In this document: in pieces, positions 9,967 through 22,042 of the stretch
Numbering within the stretch: position 1 is the stretch's first letter
Layout: each line of letters begins with the position of its first letter
Origin: Acidiferrobacter sp.
GTDB taxonomy: Bacteria; Pseudomonadota; Gammaproteobacteria; Acidiferrobacterales; Acidiferrobacteraceae
DNA: 64,000 nt
Assembly (NCBI GenBank): GCA_035530915.1
Contig: DATKTV010000037.1
Span: 8,039-72,038 of the forward strand
Direction: 5' to 3'
Program-made: the position numbers and the translations under genes
The notes under the pieces: model-generated
Database searches by the model: none
The model's input: the letters and a program-made list of their open reading frames with translations, nothing else
What the model was told of the DNA's origin: nothing

Positions 9967-12900
9967 GAGCTTATCTCACCGCGCTCTGGGACAACCGATT
10001 TACGACTGCCTGGGTCGCCTTATTGGTCCTGGCGGCGGGCTTTGTCGCCTTTCAGGCGCTGCCACGCAGCGTGTTCCCGAACGTCAATTTCCCGCGCGTC
10101 TCGGTGGTCGTCAGCGACGGCTATCTGCCGGTTCACGTGATGTTAGTGCGCGTGACCGGGCCCTTAGAGCGCGCCGCCAAAGGGGTCGCCGATGTCACCT
10201 TAGTGCGCTCAACCACCAGTAATGGGCTCACCAAGATTCATGTGTTTTTCAATAGCGCACTTACCCCCAGCAAGGCCTACCTTTTGCTTGAGGCGCGCAT
10301 CGCCCAAGTAGCGCTCCCGGCCGGCTCACAGATGAGCGTGCGCCTGATGATGCCTAGCATTTATCCCTTTGCCGAATATGCCCTGGTCTCGCAAAAAGAG
10401 ACCAGCACCGAGCTCATGCCGGCCTACGCCTTCACCATAAGGCCCCGCCTTTTGGACGTGCCGGGCGTCTATACCGTGGCCTCGATTAGTCGGGGCTGGC
10501 CGCAGGTGCACGTGGCCCTGTCTTTGCGACACCTGATCGCCTGGCATTTGGGGCTGACCGACATCGTGCGCCTCTTGAAGGCCCACCAAGGGCCGTATTT
10601 CGGGGGGCTGATGCCCGCCTTCCATAGCAGCTTCCTGCTCACCGCCGCGGGCCGGCCGGCAACCGTTCAAGGCCTGCGGGACCTCGCGATCCCCCTAGGC
10701 GGCGCGCGCGGCGCGACCGTCCCCCTGGGGGCGCTGGCCGATATTACGGTGGGACCGCCACCGCGCATCCGCGGATCTGCAGTCGCGCATTATCGGCATA
10801 GCCTCTTAATCGATATCGCCGCCCAGGCCGGCGCCAATGTCGAGCAGGTCGCAAGCGGGGTCGCGCGCGAGATCAAGACCCTGCGCACCGGACTTCCCGC
10901 CGACGTGCATTTAGTCCGCGACTATGACCTGTCGCGCCTCATTTCGGCGAGCCTGCGTGACGTTTGGGTCGCCCTGGCCTTGGGCACCTTGATTACCTTC
11001 GGTGTGCTGCTGCTCTTTTTGCGGCGGTTCGACACCGCGCTCGCGACCTTGGTGGTCGTGCCTTTGTCGCTTGCCGGCACCTTGATTATTTTGCACCTGC
11101 TGCACCTTGGCCTCAACATCATGACGCTCGGCGGCATCACGGCCGCCATCGGGGCGCTTGTCGATCACGCCATCGTCGTGATCGAACAGGCCACTCACAG
11201 TCGTCCGGCGGCAACGCTTGCCGATCGGCGCGCGCACGCCTTAGCGGCGGCCGGGGAGGTGTTGCCGATGATGACCTTTGCCACGCTCACCTCGGCCTTG
11301 GTATTCGTGCCCTTGATCTTTCTGTCCGGCACGATCGGCATCCTGTTTCGGCAGATGGCGATCGCGCTCGTCACGGCCCTAATCGTCTCCCAAGGGGTTG
11401 CCTTGACGGTCACGCCGCTGCTAGCGACGCTCTTGGCGAGTCGCAGAAGGGCGGCCCCCAAGCCTTGGCGCGTCGCGCGCCAAGGCCGCGTGATCTATGC
11501 GCGAACGCTGCGCTCTGCCCTCCATCGCCCATTTTTGGGCGTTGCCGCCGCCGTCTTGGTACTCGCGGCCTCGTTCGGGATCTTTCGGGTGCTGCCGACA
11601 GCCTTTCTGCCGTCTTGGGATGAGGGCATCATCGCCGTGCCCTTTCGGACCCCGGTGGGCAGCTCGGTCCCGGAGACCCTGAAGGTGGGCCGCGGATTGG
11701 TCGCGCTCGCCGCTCACGACCCAGCGGTCAAAACGGTGTCGGTCGTCGTGGGCCAGAGCTTGGGAAACCCACGTGCCACGCCCAACAAAGGCGACCTGGT
11801 GATCACCCTCAAACCGCAGGCCTCAGCAGAGGCGACCATTCACCATCTACGCGGGGTCTTTCGCGCCGCCTATCCGAACCTCGCCATGCTAAAGCTCCAC
11901 CAGTTGGAGGTGACGCAACTCGGTAATCTGTCTGGGGCCCATTCCCCGCTCGACATCGATCTCTTTGGACACAGCGCACGCGCCCTCGCGGTCTGGGGCC
12001 AGCGACTCACCGCTGAGCTACACGCCAGTCGGCAATTTGCCAACGTGAGTTTTCCGACCTCCTCGGGGGGTCCCGCGATCACCTTTACGCCGCGGACGCG
12101 CGCCCTCCAACATGGCCTCACTCCGGCCTTGCTGGCCGAACAGCTCGAGGCCGGATACTGGGGGGTGCCCGCCGGCTTCTTGCTGCGGGGCGCACAGGTC
12201 CTGCCCATTGCCGTCGATCTGAAGGCCCCCGCGACGATCACCAGGCAGCTGCTTCCGCAGCTCTTCATCCACGCCCCCGGTGGCCCCTATGCGCCCCTTG
12301 GTGCCTTCGCGCGCGCCTATACGGCCACTTCGGGCACAGTCATTACCCACCAGAACCTCGTGCCCTTTGCCGACATCCAGATTCGGCCCAAACAAGCCAT
12401 GGGACTAAACGAGGCCGCCGCCGCCGTCCACCGCTTGATCGCACAAGCCCATCTCCCAGATACCATCACGGCGAAGGTCGCCGGCTACTATCGAGAACAG
12501 GCGAAGGGCTTTTCCCAAATGGAGCTGACCTTGGCCTTTGCGCTCGTCGTCTTGCTGGTGCTAGTCGGCTATCAGTTGCGCACGCAGCGTGCAGCGCTTG
12601 CCGTCTTGGTGGCGACCGCCGTAAGTGCCCTGGGTTCGCTTACGGCCCTGTGGATGCGCGGCATACCCCTGGATAGCACCTCGTTTCTCGGGCTCCTTTT
12701 GGTGTTTGCCGTCGCGGTCAATAACGGCATTTTGATCTTTGGCCAGGCGCGCCGCTACCGGGCGATCCCCGGGCGGCTGGAGGTCGAGCTGGCGGCGCGT
12801 CGTCGCCTGCGTCCCATCCTTATGACCATGGCCGCCGACGTACTGGGCTTTTTGCCGCTGGCTATTGGCGTGGGTCACGGCACCGACCTCTTAAAGCCTT

Positions 12901-13001
12901 TGGCCACCGCCGTCATGGGTGGATTGATAGTCGCGCTGGCCGCCTCGCTCTTTGTCGGGCCCATGCTTTATGTGGCGTTTTCGCGATCGATCAAGTCGTA
13001 A
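9963..13001 (+). CDS. efflux RND transporter permease subunit (AcrB/CzcA superfamily)
   Basis: 1012 aa with two large soluble loops and multiple TM blocks. TM4-type motif GGITAAIGALVDHAIVVIE. Confidence 0.9.
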   Translation: MRAYLTALWDNRFTTAWVALLVLAAGFVAFQALPRSVFPNVNFPRVSVVVSDGYLPVHVMLVRVTGPLERAAKGVADVTLVRSTTSNGLTKIHVFFNSALTPSKAYLLLEARIAQVALPAGSQMSVRLMMPSIYPFAEYALVSQKETSTELMPAYAFTIRPRLLDVPGVYTVASISRGWPQVHVALSLRHLIAWHLGLTDIVRLLKAHQGPYFGGLMPAFHSSFLLTAAGRPATVQGLRDLAIPLGGARGATVPLGALADITVGPPPRIRGSAVAHYRHSLLIDIAAQAGANVEQVASGVAREIKTLRTGLPADVHLVRDYDLSRLISASLRDVWVALALGTLITFGVLLLFLRRFDTALATLVVVPLSLAGTLIILHLLHLGLNIMTLGGITAAIGALVDHAIVVIEQATHSRPAATLADRRAHALAAAGEVLPMMTFATLTSALVFVPLIFLSGTIGILFRQMAIALVTALIVSQGVALTVTPLLATLLASRRRAAPKPWRVARQGRVIYARTLRSALHRPFLGVAAAVLVLAASFGIFRVLPTAFLPSWDEGIIAVPFRTPVGSSVPETLKVGRGLVALAAHDPAVKTVSVVVGQSLGNPRATPNKGDLVITLKPQASAEATIHHLRGVFRAAYPNLAMLKLHQLEVTQLGNLSGAHSPLDIDLFGHSARALAVWGQRLTAELHASRQFANVSFPTSSGGPAITFTPRTRALQHGLTPALLAEQLEAGYWGVPAGFLLRGAQVLPIAVDLKAPATITRQLLPQLFIHAPGGPYAPLGAFARAYTATSGTVITHQNLVPFADIQIRPKQAMGLNEAAAAVHRLIAQAHLPDTITAKVAGYYREQAKGFSQMELTLAFALVVLLVLVGYQLRTQRAALAVLVATAVSALGSLTALWMRGIPLDSTSFLGLLLVFAVAVNNGILIFGQARRYRAIPGRLEVELAARRRLRPILMTMAADVLGFLPLAIGVGHGTDLLKPLATAVMGGLIVALAASLFVGPMLYVAFSRSIKS

Positions 13002-13099
13002 GCTGTCTTGCGGTCTCCCCGAACTCGACTGTGAGCTTGCGCTTATTGACCATCGGTATGCCTCCTCTTATGGTCGGTCCTAACATAAAAGCGATCTTG

Positions 13100-13123
13100 T
13101 GGCATATATCAAGATATATGCCA
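13100..13123. repeat. perfect palindrome TGGCATATAT-CAAG-ATATATGCCA between convergent genes
   Basis: Read directly from the sequence. 10-bp arms with a 4-nt loop, in a locally AT-rich patch between the RND stop (13001) and the hipA-like remnant end (13177). Confidence 0.9.
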
Positions 13124-13176
13124 GCATTGCGCTATGATTGGTTTCATCTTTTGGCATTCGTGGGAGCCAAGAAGGC

Positions 13177-13461
13177 TCAAAACGTACAAGTCGATGTGGC
13201 GCCACACGCACCGGGCTGCCTTTCAAGAAAGAAGCGGTCGGGCAACAGGGTCGGCGCGACGGTGTCGATGTCCTTGGCCGACACCCCGCTGGTACAAAAA
13301 CTCTCGCGCCAGTACCGGACCACATCGACGATCCGACCGATTTCCGCGCGCGCCTCTTCCGCAGACAGCCCGAAACGGCCCCCCTGCGACAGGAGATTGT
13401 AGGTGCTGGCCGTGCGACCATAGCTTCCGACCGTCAACGCCAGCTGCGCCGCTTCTCTGGC
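13177..13461 (-). pseudogene. C-terminal remnant of a HipA-family kinase toxin
   Basis: The open frame (stop at 13462..13464 upstream) reads AREAAQLALTVGSYGRTASTYNLLSQGGRFGLSAEEARAEIGRIVDVVRYWRESF..GVSAKDI. This resembles the extreme C-terminus of HipA-like proteins. No kinase core or hipB lies upstream. Confidence 0.5.
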
Positions 13462-13657
13462 TCATGCCGGTTCGTCTACAGCAAGGCGCGGGCGTTGCTA
13501 GGTGCCCACTATGAACGAGGCGAAAGATCACTTGGCTCGGCCGGATGATGTGGGGTCTTGACCGATCTCGACATTCCGGTGGTGTCGCTGGAGGATGTGG
13601 GTGACGGCAAGCTCGTCGCTGCCCTCAGAAAGAGGCGATGGTTTTCACCGGGCGGGG

Positions 13658-14056
13658 TTAACGAGGCCAGCTACGAAACCGCTCCTGGCAGTAGTGCAGG
13701 AGCGTCGCGTAGTCGCGAAAATGGACGGCGAAGTTTTTTTCGGCAGGCTCGTCGTACTCACAAAAGTCGTTTGAATAGTCGCGACAGATGGGGGGGCGCG
13801 CCTCGTAAATCCCGCAGGCACCGTCTTTCAAAAGATGCCCGCAAGGGCTTTGAATCAGCAGAAACCAGCCGTCTTCGTCTTTATAGACCTCAATGCCCTG
13901 ATGACTCACTTGCCAAAGCAGGTGTTCGAAATCGGTGCGTGCGCGCGGCGTGGGAATTTTCTGGGTGATGTACCGACAACAGATCGAAGGACAGCTGCCG
14001 CACTTGCCGCGACCTCCCTCTATCCTCTCTATTTCCATAACGAACGGCTGCGTCAC
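13658..14056 (-). CDS. YkgJ-family cysteine-cluster protein
   Basis: CGSCPSICCRY and GACGIYEARPPICRDY, the CxxCxxCC-type signature of this family. Confidence 0.75.
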   Translation of the reverse strand: MTQPFVMEIERIEGGRGKCGSCPSICCRYITQKIPTPRARTDFEHLLWQVSHQGIEVYKDEDGWFLLIQSPCGHLLKDGACGIYEARPPICRDYSNDFCEYDEPAEKNFAVHFRDYATLLHYCQERFRSWPR

Positions 14057-14487
14057 GGCATGAGCCCAAGGACGCCCATACTAAGGGCGAAGGCAGTGGC
14101 CACGAACGCCAGATAAAGAAGCCAACGCCGCTCTGTCAGTGCCGCTATCGAGGCCAGCGCTACCCCAGTCTCGACCCCGACAAGCGCCCCCGCATAACGG
14201 TCATGTGGGCCCATCAGGCGCGCGCTCGCTTTATTTAAGGCGACCGCCTGACGATCAAGCGCCTTTTGTTCGGCCAAGATCCGCGCCCGGGCCCGCGGCC
14301 CGCGCGCCTCAAGCCTGAGCGTCGTCGACTTCAGCATGGCCATCACGGCCTCGTTTTTCAGAATGATGGCGTGGTTCTGGCTGGTCGTGATCCCGTAGCT
14401 AAAAAGCGCGCCGAGGCTTGCCAAGAGGGCTGTGAGGAGGGCGACTTCGCGCCCGAGACTGCCGCTAATACCTGAATGGGTGTGCAC
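14053..14487 (-). CDS. small membrane protein (DUF4337-like)
   Basis: The listed ORF start overlaps the thiC 3' end. A GTG at 14487 sits 1 nt after the thiC stop. Two hydrophobic segments flank a charged helix. The family call is tentative. Confidence 0.5.
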   Translation of the reverse strand: MHTHSGISGSLGREVALLTALLASLGALFSYGITTSQNHAIILKNEAVMAMLKSTTLRLEARGPRARARILAEQKALDRQAVALNKASARLMGPHDRYAGALVGVETGVALASIAALTERRWLLYLAFVATAFALSMGVLGLMP

Positions 14488-14488
14488 G

Positions 14489-16393
<1,905 letters not shown>

Positions 16394-16502
16394 CTATGGG
16401 CGATCAAAACTAATGGATTTGCGGGGCGAATGCAAGGCGGCGCTTGCGTGCCCTAGGCAAAAGGCTTAACCTCAAAACTTATCGCTCTGGACCCCCAAAC
16501 GC

Positions 16503-17168
16503 ATGTTGCAAGCCTCAACTGATGTGGCGTGCCTCAATATGGTAGCGCAGCAAATTCGCCCCTGTGACGTACCAGACGAGCGTCTGCTCGAACGGTTGCG
16601 CGAGGTGCCGCGCGAGGACTTCGTGCCCGCTGATTTCCGGGCATCCGCCTTTGCCGATATGACCATTCCCTTAGGCCGTGGCCAGATCATGTTCTCACCC
16701 ATGCTGGAGGGACGGCTCGTGCAGAGCCTCGCCCCCACGGAGAACGATCGCGTCCTGGAGATCGGTACCGGAACCGGTTATCTCACAGCGGTGTTGGCAG
16801 GGCTCGTACGCTCCGTATATAGCGTGGAGATCGTGCCAGAGTTCAAGCTACGCGCGGCGCGAAACTTAAATGCCCTTGCGCTTTCGAATGTCGCGCTTGA
16901 GGTCGGCGACGGCGCGCGCGGTTGGCCGCGCCACGGACCGTATGATGCCATCCTCGTGAGCGGCGCCTTGCCTTTAGGGCCGGTCCCCGCGTTTCGCGAG
17001 TCTTTAGCCGTGGGGGGCCGCTTGGTGGTGATTGTAGGCGAGTCGCCAGCCATGGAGGTGCGCGTCATTACCCGCGAAGACGCCGATCACTTCAGCGAGC
17101 GGTCCTTGTTCGAGACCAGCGTACCCGTTCTCATGAACGCCCCGGAACCGGATCGCTTTCATTTTTAG
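16503..17168 (+). CDS. protein-L-isoaspartate O-methyltransferase family protein
   Basis: VLEIGTGTGYLTAVLA SAM motif, and length and layout like Pcm-family proteins. Confidence 0.75.
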   Translation: MLQASTDVACLNMVAQQIRPCDVPDERLLERLREVPREDFVPADFRASAFADMTIPLGRGQIMFSPMLEGRLVQSLAPTENDRVLEIGTGTGYLTAVLAGLVRSVYSVEIVPEFKLRAARNLNALALSNVALEVGDGARGWPRHGPYDAILVSGALPLGPVPAFRESLAVGGRLVVIVGESPAMEVRVITREDADHFSERSLFETSVPVLMNAPEPDRFHF

Positions 17169-17175
17169 GCCCCCT

Positions 17176-17493
17176 ATGCGCGACATTTCTCCCGAAGAGC
17201 TTCATGTTCGGCTTCAGGCGGGCGACCTAGTGGTCCTCCTGGACGTGCGCGAACCGTGGGAGCGCAACCTGTGTTCGCTGCCCAATTCGCTCCATGCGCC
17301 CATGCAACAGATTCCGGCCACGATCGCGAGCCTTGATCCCGAGAAAGAGGTGATCGTGTACTGCCATACCGGCATACGGAGTTTCCACGTCGGCAAGTTC
17401 CTGGAGCACAATGGCTTCAAGAACGTGGCGAATCTGGCTGGCGGCATCGCGCGCTGGGCGCAGGCCGTCGACCCGACCATGGCACGTTACTAG
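17176..17493 (+). CDS. rhodanese-like sulfurtransferase domain protein
   Basis: 105 aa with active-site loop VYCHTGIRS. Confidence 0.85.
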   Translation: MRDISPEELHVRLQAGDLVVLLDVREPWERNLCSLPNSLHAPMQQIPATIASLDPEKEVIVYCHTGIRSFHVGKFLEHNGFKNVANLAGGIARWAQAVDPTMARY

Positions 17494-17496
17494 CCC

Positions 17497-18063
17497 ATGC
17501 TGATCGAGGCCCACCGCAGCCAATTGCTGCTAGTCGATCTCCAGGCGCGGCTCTTTCCGGCCATGACACCTTCGCCCCCGGGGCTGCTGCCACGCATTCT
17601 GTTGTTGGTGCGCGCCGCGGTCCTGCTCGATATCCCGATCATGGTGACCCGCCAATACCCACAAGGCCTCGGGCCCTTGTTGCCGGAGATCGCCATGGCG
17701 CTCCCCGATGACGCCCGTCAAGGGGACAAAATGGCGTTCTCGTGTTGTGCCGATGATGACCTGAGCCCGCTTTTTGAGGGCGCGCGCGACCAAGTACTGA
17801 TCGCGGGGGTCGAGACGCACGTCTGCGTGCTACAGACCGCCTTTGATCTCGTGGCGCGCGGGAAAAGCCCCTACGTGCTGGCGGATGCCTGTGCGAGCCG
17901 ATCCGTAGCCCACCATGCCCAGGCCCTTGAGCGGCTGAGTCGGGACGGGGTGCGGGTCGCTTCGGTCGAGTCTACGGTATTCGAGTGGTTGCGCGGGGCG
18001 GAACACCCCCGCTTCCGTGAACTGGCGCGGACAATCAGGGACCTTCCCGAGCAGGGGGGGTAA
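17497..18063 (+). CDS. isochorismatase-family (cysteine) hydrolase
   Basis: LLLVDLQ near the N-terminus and IAGVETHVCVLQTA with the catalytic-type Cys. Confidence 0.75.
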   Translation: MLIEAHRSQLLLVDLQARLFPAMTPSPPGLLPRILLLVRAAVLLDIPIMVTRQYPQGLGPLLPEIAMALPDDARQGDKMAFSCCADDDLSPLFEGARDQVLIAGVETHVCVLQTAFDLVARGKSPYVLADACASRSVAHHAQALERLSRDGVRVASVESTVFEWLRGAEHPRFRELARTIRDLPEQGG

Positions 18064-19315
18064 CTTTAAGGAACGGCGCCAATAGCGCCAGGGTGCGCGC
18101 ACAGGCGCCCTGATTTTGGCGGACAAGCTCCTCGCCCGCGCCGCCCGCGGCTTGTCTTGCCTCACGATCCCCCAAATAGCGCGCAGTGGTCGGGCCCAAT
18201 TCTGCAGGGCCACGAATCTGTCTGCCAGCGCCCGCTGTCACGGTAAGCCGCGCGATCTCGGCGAAGTTGAACATATGGGGCCCAAAGACCGCGGGCACCC
18301 CGAGCGCTAACGCCTCAAGCGGGTTGTGCCCCCCGGTTTTCACGAGCGAGCCGCCAATAAAGGCGCAATCGGCGGCCGCCAAAAAGAGGATGAGCTCGCC
18401 CATGGTATCGCCCAGAAGAATCTCGGTGGCATCGGTCACCGGTAGGTTTGAGCTGCGCTCCACAACCGTAAACTTGCGCTGGCGACAGAGCTTGCCGACG
18501 GCCTCGAAGCGTTCCGGGTGACGAGGCACTAAAATGAGCAACAGCGTGGGGAACGTGGCTTTAAGCTCGGTGTAGGCATCGAGCACGGGGCCTTCTTCGC
18601 CCTGATGCGTGCTCGCCGCAACCCAGACCGGACGGTCGCCCCACTCATAGCGCAAGGACTGCGCCGCCTCCCGCAGGCCCGCGGTGGGAACGACCTCAAA
18701 CTTCATGTTGCCGGTGATATGCAGCCGTTTCTCCGGGGCGCCTAAGGCCCGCAGTCGGTCGCGGTCTGCTGGCGTTTGAGCGGCGATCGCGCTCGGTATC
18801 GCCAGAGTCGCCGCAACCAGCCCGCCAAACCGTTGGTAACCGCGATAAGAGCGCTCCGAGAGCCGGACGTTGGCCAAAAGCAGGGGGATATGCGCACGGT
18901 GTAAGGCCTGAAACAGATTGGGCCAGATCTCCGTTTCGAGAATGACGGCGGCCCGCGGCCGGGTTCTCGCGAGAAAGCGCCCCACAGCGCCGGGGAGATC
19001 AAAGGGCGCAAACCGGTGACTAACAGAGTCGCCGAAGAGCATCTCGACCTGGGCGGCACCCGTCAGTGTCGTCGTCGTGACAAGAATTCGCACGTCGGGA
19101 TACTCTTGGAGGAGGGCGCGGATCAAAGGAGTGGCGGCACGGACCTCGCCGACCGATACGGTATGGACCCAAAGGGCGCCTGGCTCTAGGGGGCTGCCAT
19201 AGCCCAGGCGCTCAGCCCAGCGACCGCGGTAGCGCCTGTTTTTTCGGGAACGCCGCCAAAGCCGCAGCAGCGCAAACGGCAACAACAGCCAAAGAATCAG
19301 CGTATACAAAATCAT
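18035..19315 (-). CDS. waaA: 3-deoxy-D-manno-octulosonic acid (Kdo) transferase
   Basis: Start set at MILYTLILWLLLPF (ATG at 19315, ATGA overlap with the upstream gene's stop). ETEIWPN motif. The 126-aa Arg/Gly-rich N-terminal extension in the ORF track is spurious because it overlaps waaC. Confidence 0.85.
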   Translation of the reverse strand: MILYTLILWLLLPFALLRLWRRSRKNRRYRGRWAERLGYGSPLEPGALWVHTVSVGEVRAATPLIRALLQEYPDVRILVTTTTLTGAAQVEMLFGDSVSHRFAPFDLPGAVGRFLARTRPRAAVILETEIWPNLFQALHRAHIPLLLANVRLSERSYRGYQRFGGLVAATLAIPSAIAAQTPADRDRLRALGAPEKRLHITGNMKFEVVPTAGLREAAQSLRYEWGDRPVWVAASTHQGEEGPVLDAYTELKATFPTLLLILVPRHPERFEAVGKLCRQRKFTVVERSSNLPVTDATEILLGDTMGELILFLAAADCAFIGGSLVKTGGHNPLEALALGVPAVFGPHMFNFAEIARLTVTAGAGRQIRGPAELGPTTARYLGDREARQAAGGAGEELVRQNQGACARTLALLAPFLKVTPPAREGP

Positions 19316-20301
19316 GGCTCTTCCCAGGCGCCCAGCTGGCGCAGGGCCCCGACCACGTCGTCTACCGACGGCACCGCACCAAAACCCCCGAGACTGATCG
19401 CGCCCGACTTGGCCAGCACGCCGGTTTGTGCAGGATCGCTGTCGCAGAAGATACCGACCGTTGGGCGGGCCAGGGCCGCAGCCAGATGGACTAGGCCCGT
19501 ATCGACGCCGATAACGGCGCGCGCGCCGCCGATAACGGCCGCCAAATCCCTTACGCTCATGCGTGGCAGCGCCTGCGCGAAGGGTCCGACAGCGCGCGCA
19601 ATGTCTTGCGCGGCTTCGTATTCCGCTGCGCTGCCAGAGGGGAGGAGAACCATTGACCCCTGGCGGGCAAGCCGCTCGCTTAAAGCTACCCAATGCGCAC
19701 GCGGCCAGAGTTTGGATGCGCGACTACTGGCATGCAGGGCGACGCAGTGAGGTTTGGGCCATGTCTCGGTGGGGCTTGGTGGCAAGATCCCATAGTCGGG
19801 CGCGCTCGTGGGCAGGGCATAGCCCAGAGCGGCGGCCGCTAGGCTGCGATTACGCCACACCGCATGTTGGTCCCGGCGCACCGGTAGACCGCGATGGTAG
19901 AAGGCGGCCGCCAAGGGTTCGCGGGCTGAGTGCCGATCGGGACCATAAACAGGACCCGATCCAAGGCGCGCGACGACCGCGCTCTTTACGAGGCCTTGGC
20001 TGTCTAGGATCAGATCGTAGGAGGTCTCGCGCAGTCGCGCGCGAAACTCTCGGAGCTCGCGCCAAGTGTCGCGTCGCCCCAGCGCCCGTCGCCAGCGCCT
20101 GAACTCTAAAGGGATCACGGTGCGAACAGCCGGGTGGAGGGCGGGGATGTCGGCGAACGCCTTTTCGACCAGCCAATCGATGCGAGCATCAGGCAGTTGG
20201 GCACGAATATCCGAGACCATGGGCAGGTTATGGACGACGTCGCCGAGCGACGAAGTCTTGACGATCAGGATATCCACGTCAGGGGGCGGGCCGGATGTCA
20301 C
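19312..20301 (-). CDS. waaC: lipopolysaccharide heptosyltransferase I (GT9)
   Basis: ILIVKTSSLGDVVHNLP N-terminal GT9 signature and GVDTGLVHLAAAL. Lies immediately upstream of waaA. Confidence 0.75.
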   Translation of the reverse strand: MTSGPPPDVDILIVKTSSLGDVVHNLPMVSDIRAQLPDARIDWLVEKAFADIPALHPAVRTVIPLEFRRWRRALGRRDTWRELREFRARLRETSYDLILDSQGLVKSAVVARLGSGPVYGPDRHSAREPLAAAFYHRGLPVRRDQHAVWRNRSLAAAALGYALPTSAPDYGILPPSPTETWPKPHCVALHASSRASKLWPRAHWVALSERLARQGSMVLLPSGSAAEYEAAQDIARAVGPFAQALPRMSVRDLAAVIGGARAVIGVDTGLVHLAAALARPTVGIFCDSDPAQTGVLAKSGAISLGGFGAVPSVDDVVGALRQLGAWEEP

Positions 20302-20986
20302 GGTTCGTCCCGCAAGGGAGGCGGCGCACGGTTAAACCAAAGGTCATGGGTTATCCTTAGAATCTTGTTCAGCGACTCATTAAGCCTCGGGGCATTCATC
20401 ATACGTCAGTGCCGCATGGGTTCGCACAAATGGGCAGCGGGCGTTCGCAATCACCCCCCATGAGCGAGCCCCGCCGCCTACACGAGCCGCCGGGTCGTCA
20501 CCGCTTTGTGGGGCATACCCCAAGTCGCGGCAGGCCCTGGCCCAGGCGCACCAAGTTACATGCGCCCCCCTTATAGCACAGCCGCATAAAACCGTCCGGT
20601 CCCTGCGCCTGATAACATAAATGTGCCCGCAGATACGACTACGGTGGGTCTGCCGATGTCGGTGCGTTGACGCCTGTGGGCTCATATTCCTTCGGGCCAC
20701 GACATCTCCTATTTTGCCTGCCCAGTCGACCAGGGACGGTGGTATAGCTAATGAAGAGGGGCCTAGGCGCTTTATTCGAGGCTCGCCCCAATAAAGCCCT
20801 GGCGGCCAAATAGCCTGCGATGAGGTGGCGTTATGGGGCCTCTTTTCGCGCCCGGTGTCGCTATGCTAGAGTATTGCCCAATAGTCCCTTCTGAGAAAGC
20901 CGAACCTTGTCCATTAGACTAATCAAAGAGCGGATCACGTCTGCTGATTGATTGGCTTTTGTGCCTAAATTCACCGGATTTCCACC

Positions 20987-22042
20987 ATGACGCATAAGAA
21001 AATCGCCATAGCGGCTCGCTCGTTTGTGAAGGGTGGCGGAATGGAGCGGTATGTGCTCGATATCACCAGCGCCATGGGGGCGCTTGGCATTGTACCGGTG
21101 CTGTATACAGCGAAAATAGACTCTAGTCTCCCCGAGGCTCGTCTGGTACAGCCGATTGTCTTTGATACTCGGCTGGTCCCAGGGAAACTGAAAGCGCGCT
21201 ATCTGTCTTTTCGGATACGACCATTACACCAGCGGGACCCGGCGCGAATACTTATCGGATGTTTCCGGAACTCTTGCAGCGACATGGCCATTTGTGGCGG
21301 CACCCACATCGGCTTTCTAAGAAATACCCTTAAGCGGCCTAGCCTATTTGATACACTAGAAACGAGACTTGAGCGCGAGTTTTACGGGCATAGTCGGCTT
21401 GTTATTGCACATTCCCGATTTATGGAACATGAGCTGAAGACGGACTATCAGGTCCCGCAAACCAAAATTCGTGTGCTCTACCCGCCAGTCTCACCACAAT
21501 TCGGCCGTGGCAGTGGCGACAAAGCGGAAGCGCGACGCGCCTTGGGGCTTCCCAACAACGAAATACTATTTTTGTTCGCCTCGACTAGCCACAAAAGAAA
21601 AGGGTTCGATCTACTCCAAAAGTTTTTCTCCCAGACGCGCCTGCCGATTCGGCTCCTGGTAGCCGGTCGCCCCACAGGGGGCTCAGATTCAAAAATAACC
21701 TATCTTGGATACCGCGCTGATATGGGGAACGTGTACCGGGCAGCCGATTTCACGATCCACCCATCACTGTATGAGCCATTCGGGCTAGTGTGCGTCGAAT
21801 CCCTCGTATGTGGCACACCGATTATCGTCAGCGACCGCGTGGGGGCCTCGGAAACCGTTGCCGATGCCGCCAAGGTAGTCATGGATACGCTCGACTATGA
21901 TGGCCTGACGTCCGCCATTGGCCAAGCACTTGATCGTCGCGAGAGCCTTGCGGACGCGGCTCGCTCAACGCCATTATCTTATAATACCGACATGGTATTT
22001 CATGTGCAGGAGATGATGCGGCTTTATGACAGCTTGGACTAA
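20987..22042 (+). CDS. family 4 (group 1) glycosyltransferase
   Basis: EPFGLVCVESLVCGTPIIVSD (E-x7-E motif). Confidence 0.8.
   Translation: MTHKKIAIAARSFVKGGGMERYVLDITSAMGALGIVPVLYTAKIDSSLPEARLVQPIVFDTRLVPGKLKARYLSFRIRPLHQRDPARILIGCFRNSCSDMAICGGTHIGFLRNTLKRPSLFDTLETRLEREFYGHSRLVIAHSRFMEHELKTDYQVPQTKIRVLYPPVSPQFGRGSGDKAEARRALGLPNNEILFLFASTSHKRKGFDLLQKFFSQTRLPIRLLVAGRPTGGSDSKITYLGYRADMGNVYRAADFTIHPSLYEPFGLVCVESLVCGTPIIVSDRVGASETVADAAKVVMDTLDYDGLTSAIGQALDRRESLADAARSTPLSYNTDMVFHVQEMMRLYDSLD

Noticed and set aside
7652-13001. Calling the OMF-MFP-RND operon a czcCBA heavy-metal efflux system because of its gene order
   Set aside because: The TM4 motif reads AIGALVDHAIVVIE rather than the DFG...DGA...VEN pattern I associate with heavy-metal (HME) RND pumps. 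The substrate class is left open.
19316-19693. 126-aa N-terminal extension of the waaA ORF in the track
   Set aside because: It is Arg/Gly/Pro-rich, lies entirely inside the waaC coding region on the same strand in another frame, and the Kdo transferase membrane anchor begins at the Met at 19315.
20730-20750. RfaH-dependent ops/JUMPStart element upstream of the LPS glycosyltransferase genes
   Set aside because: The closest string, ACGGTGGTATAG, differs from the GGCGGTAG ops core at two positions, and there is no surrounding JUMPStart-like context.
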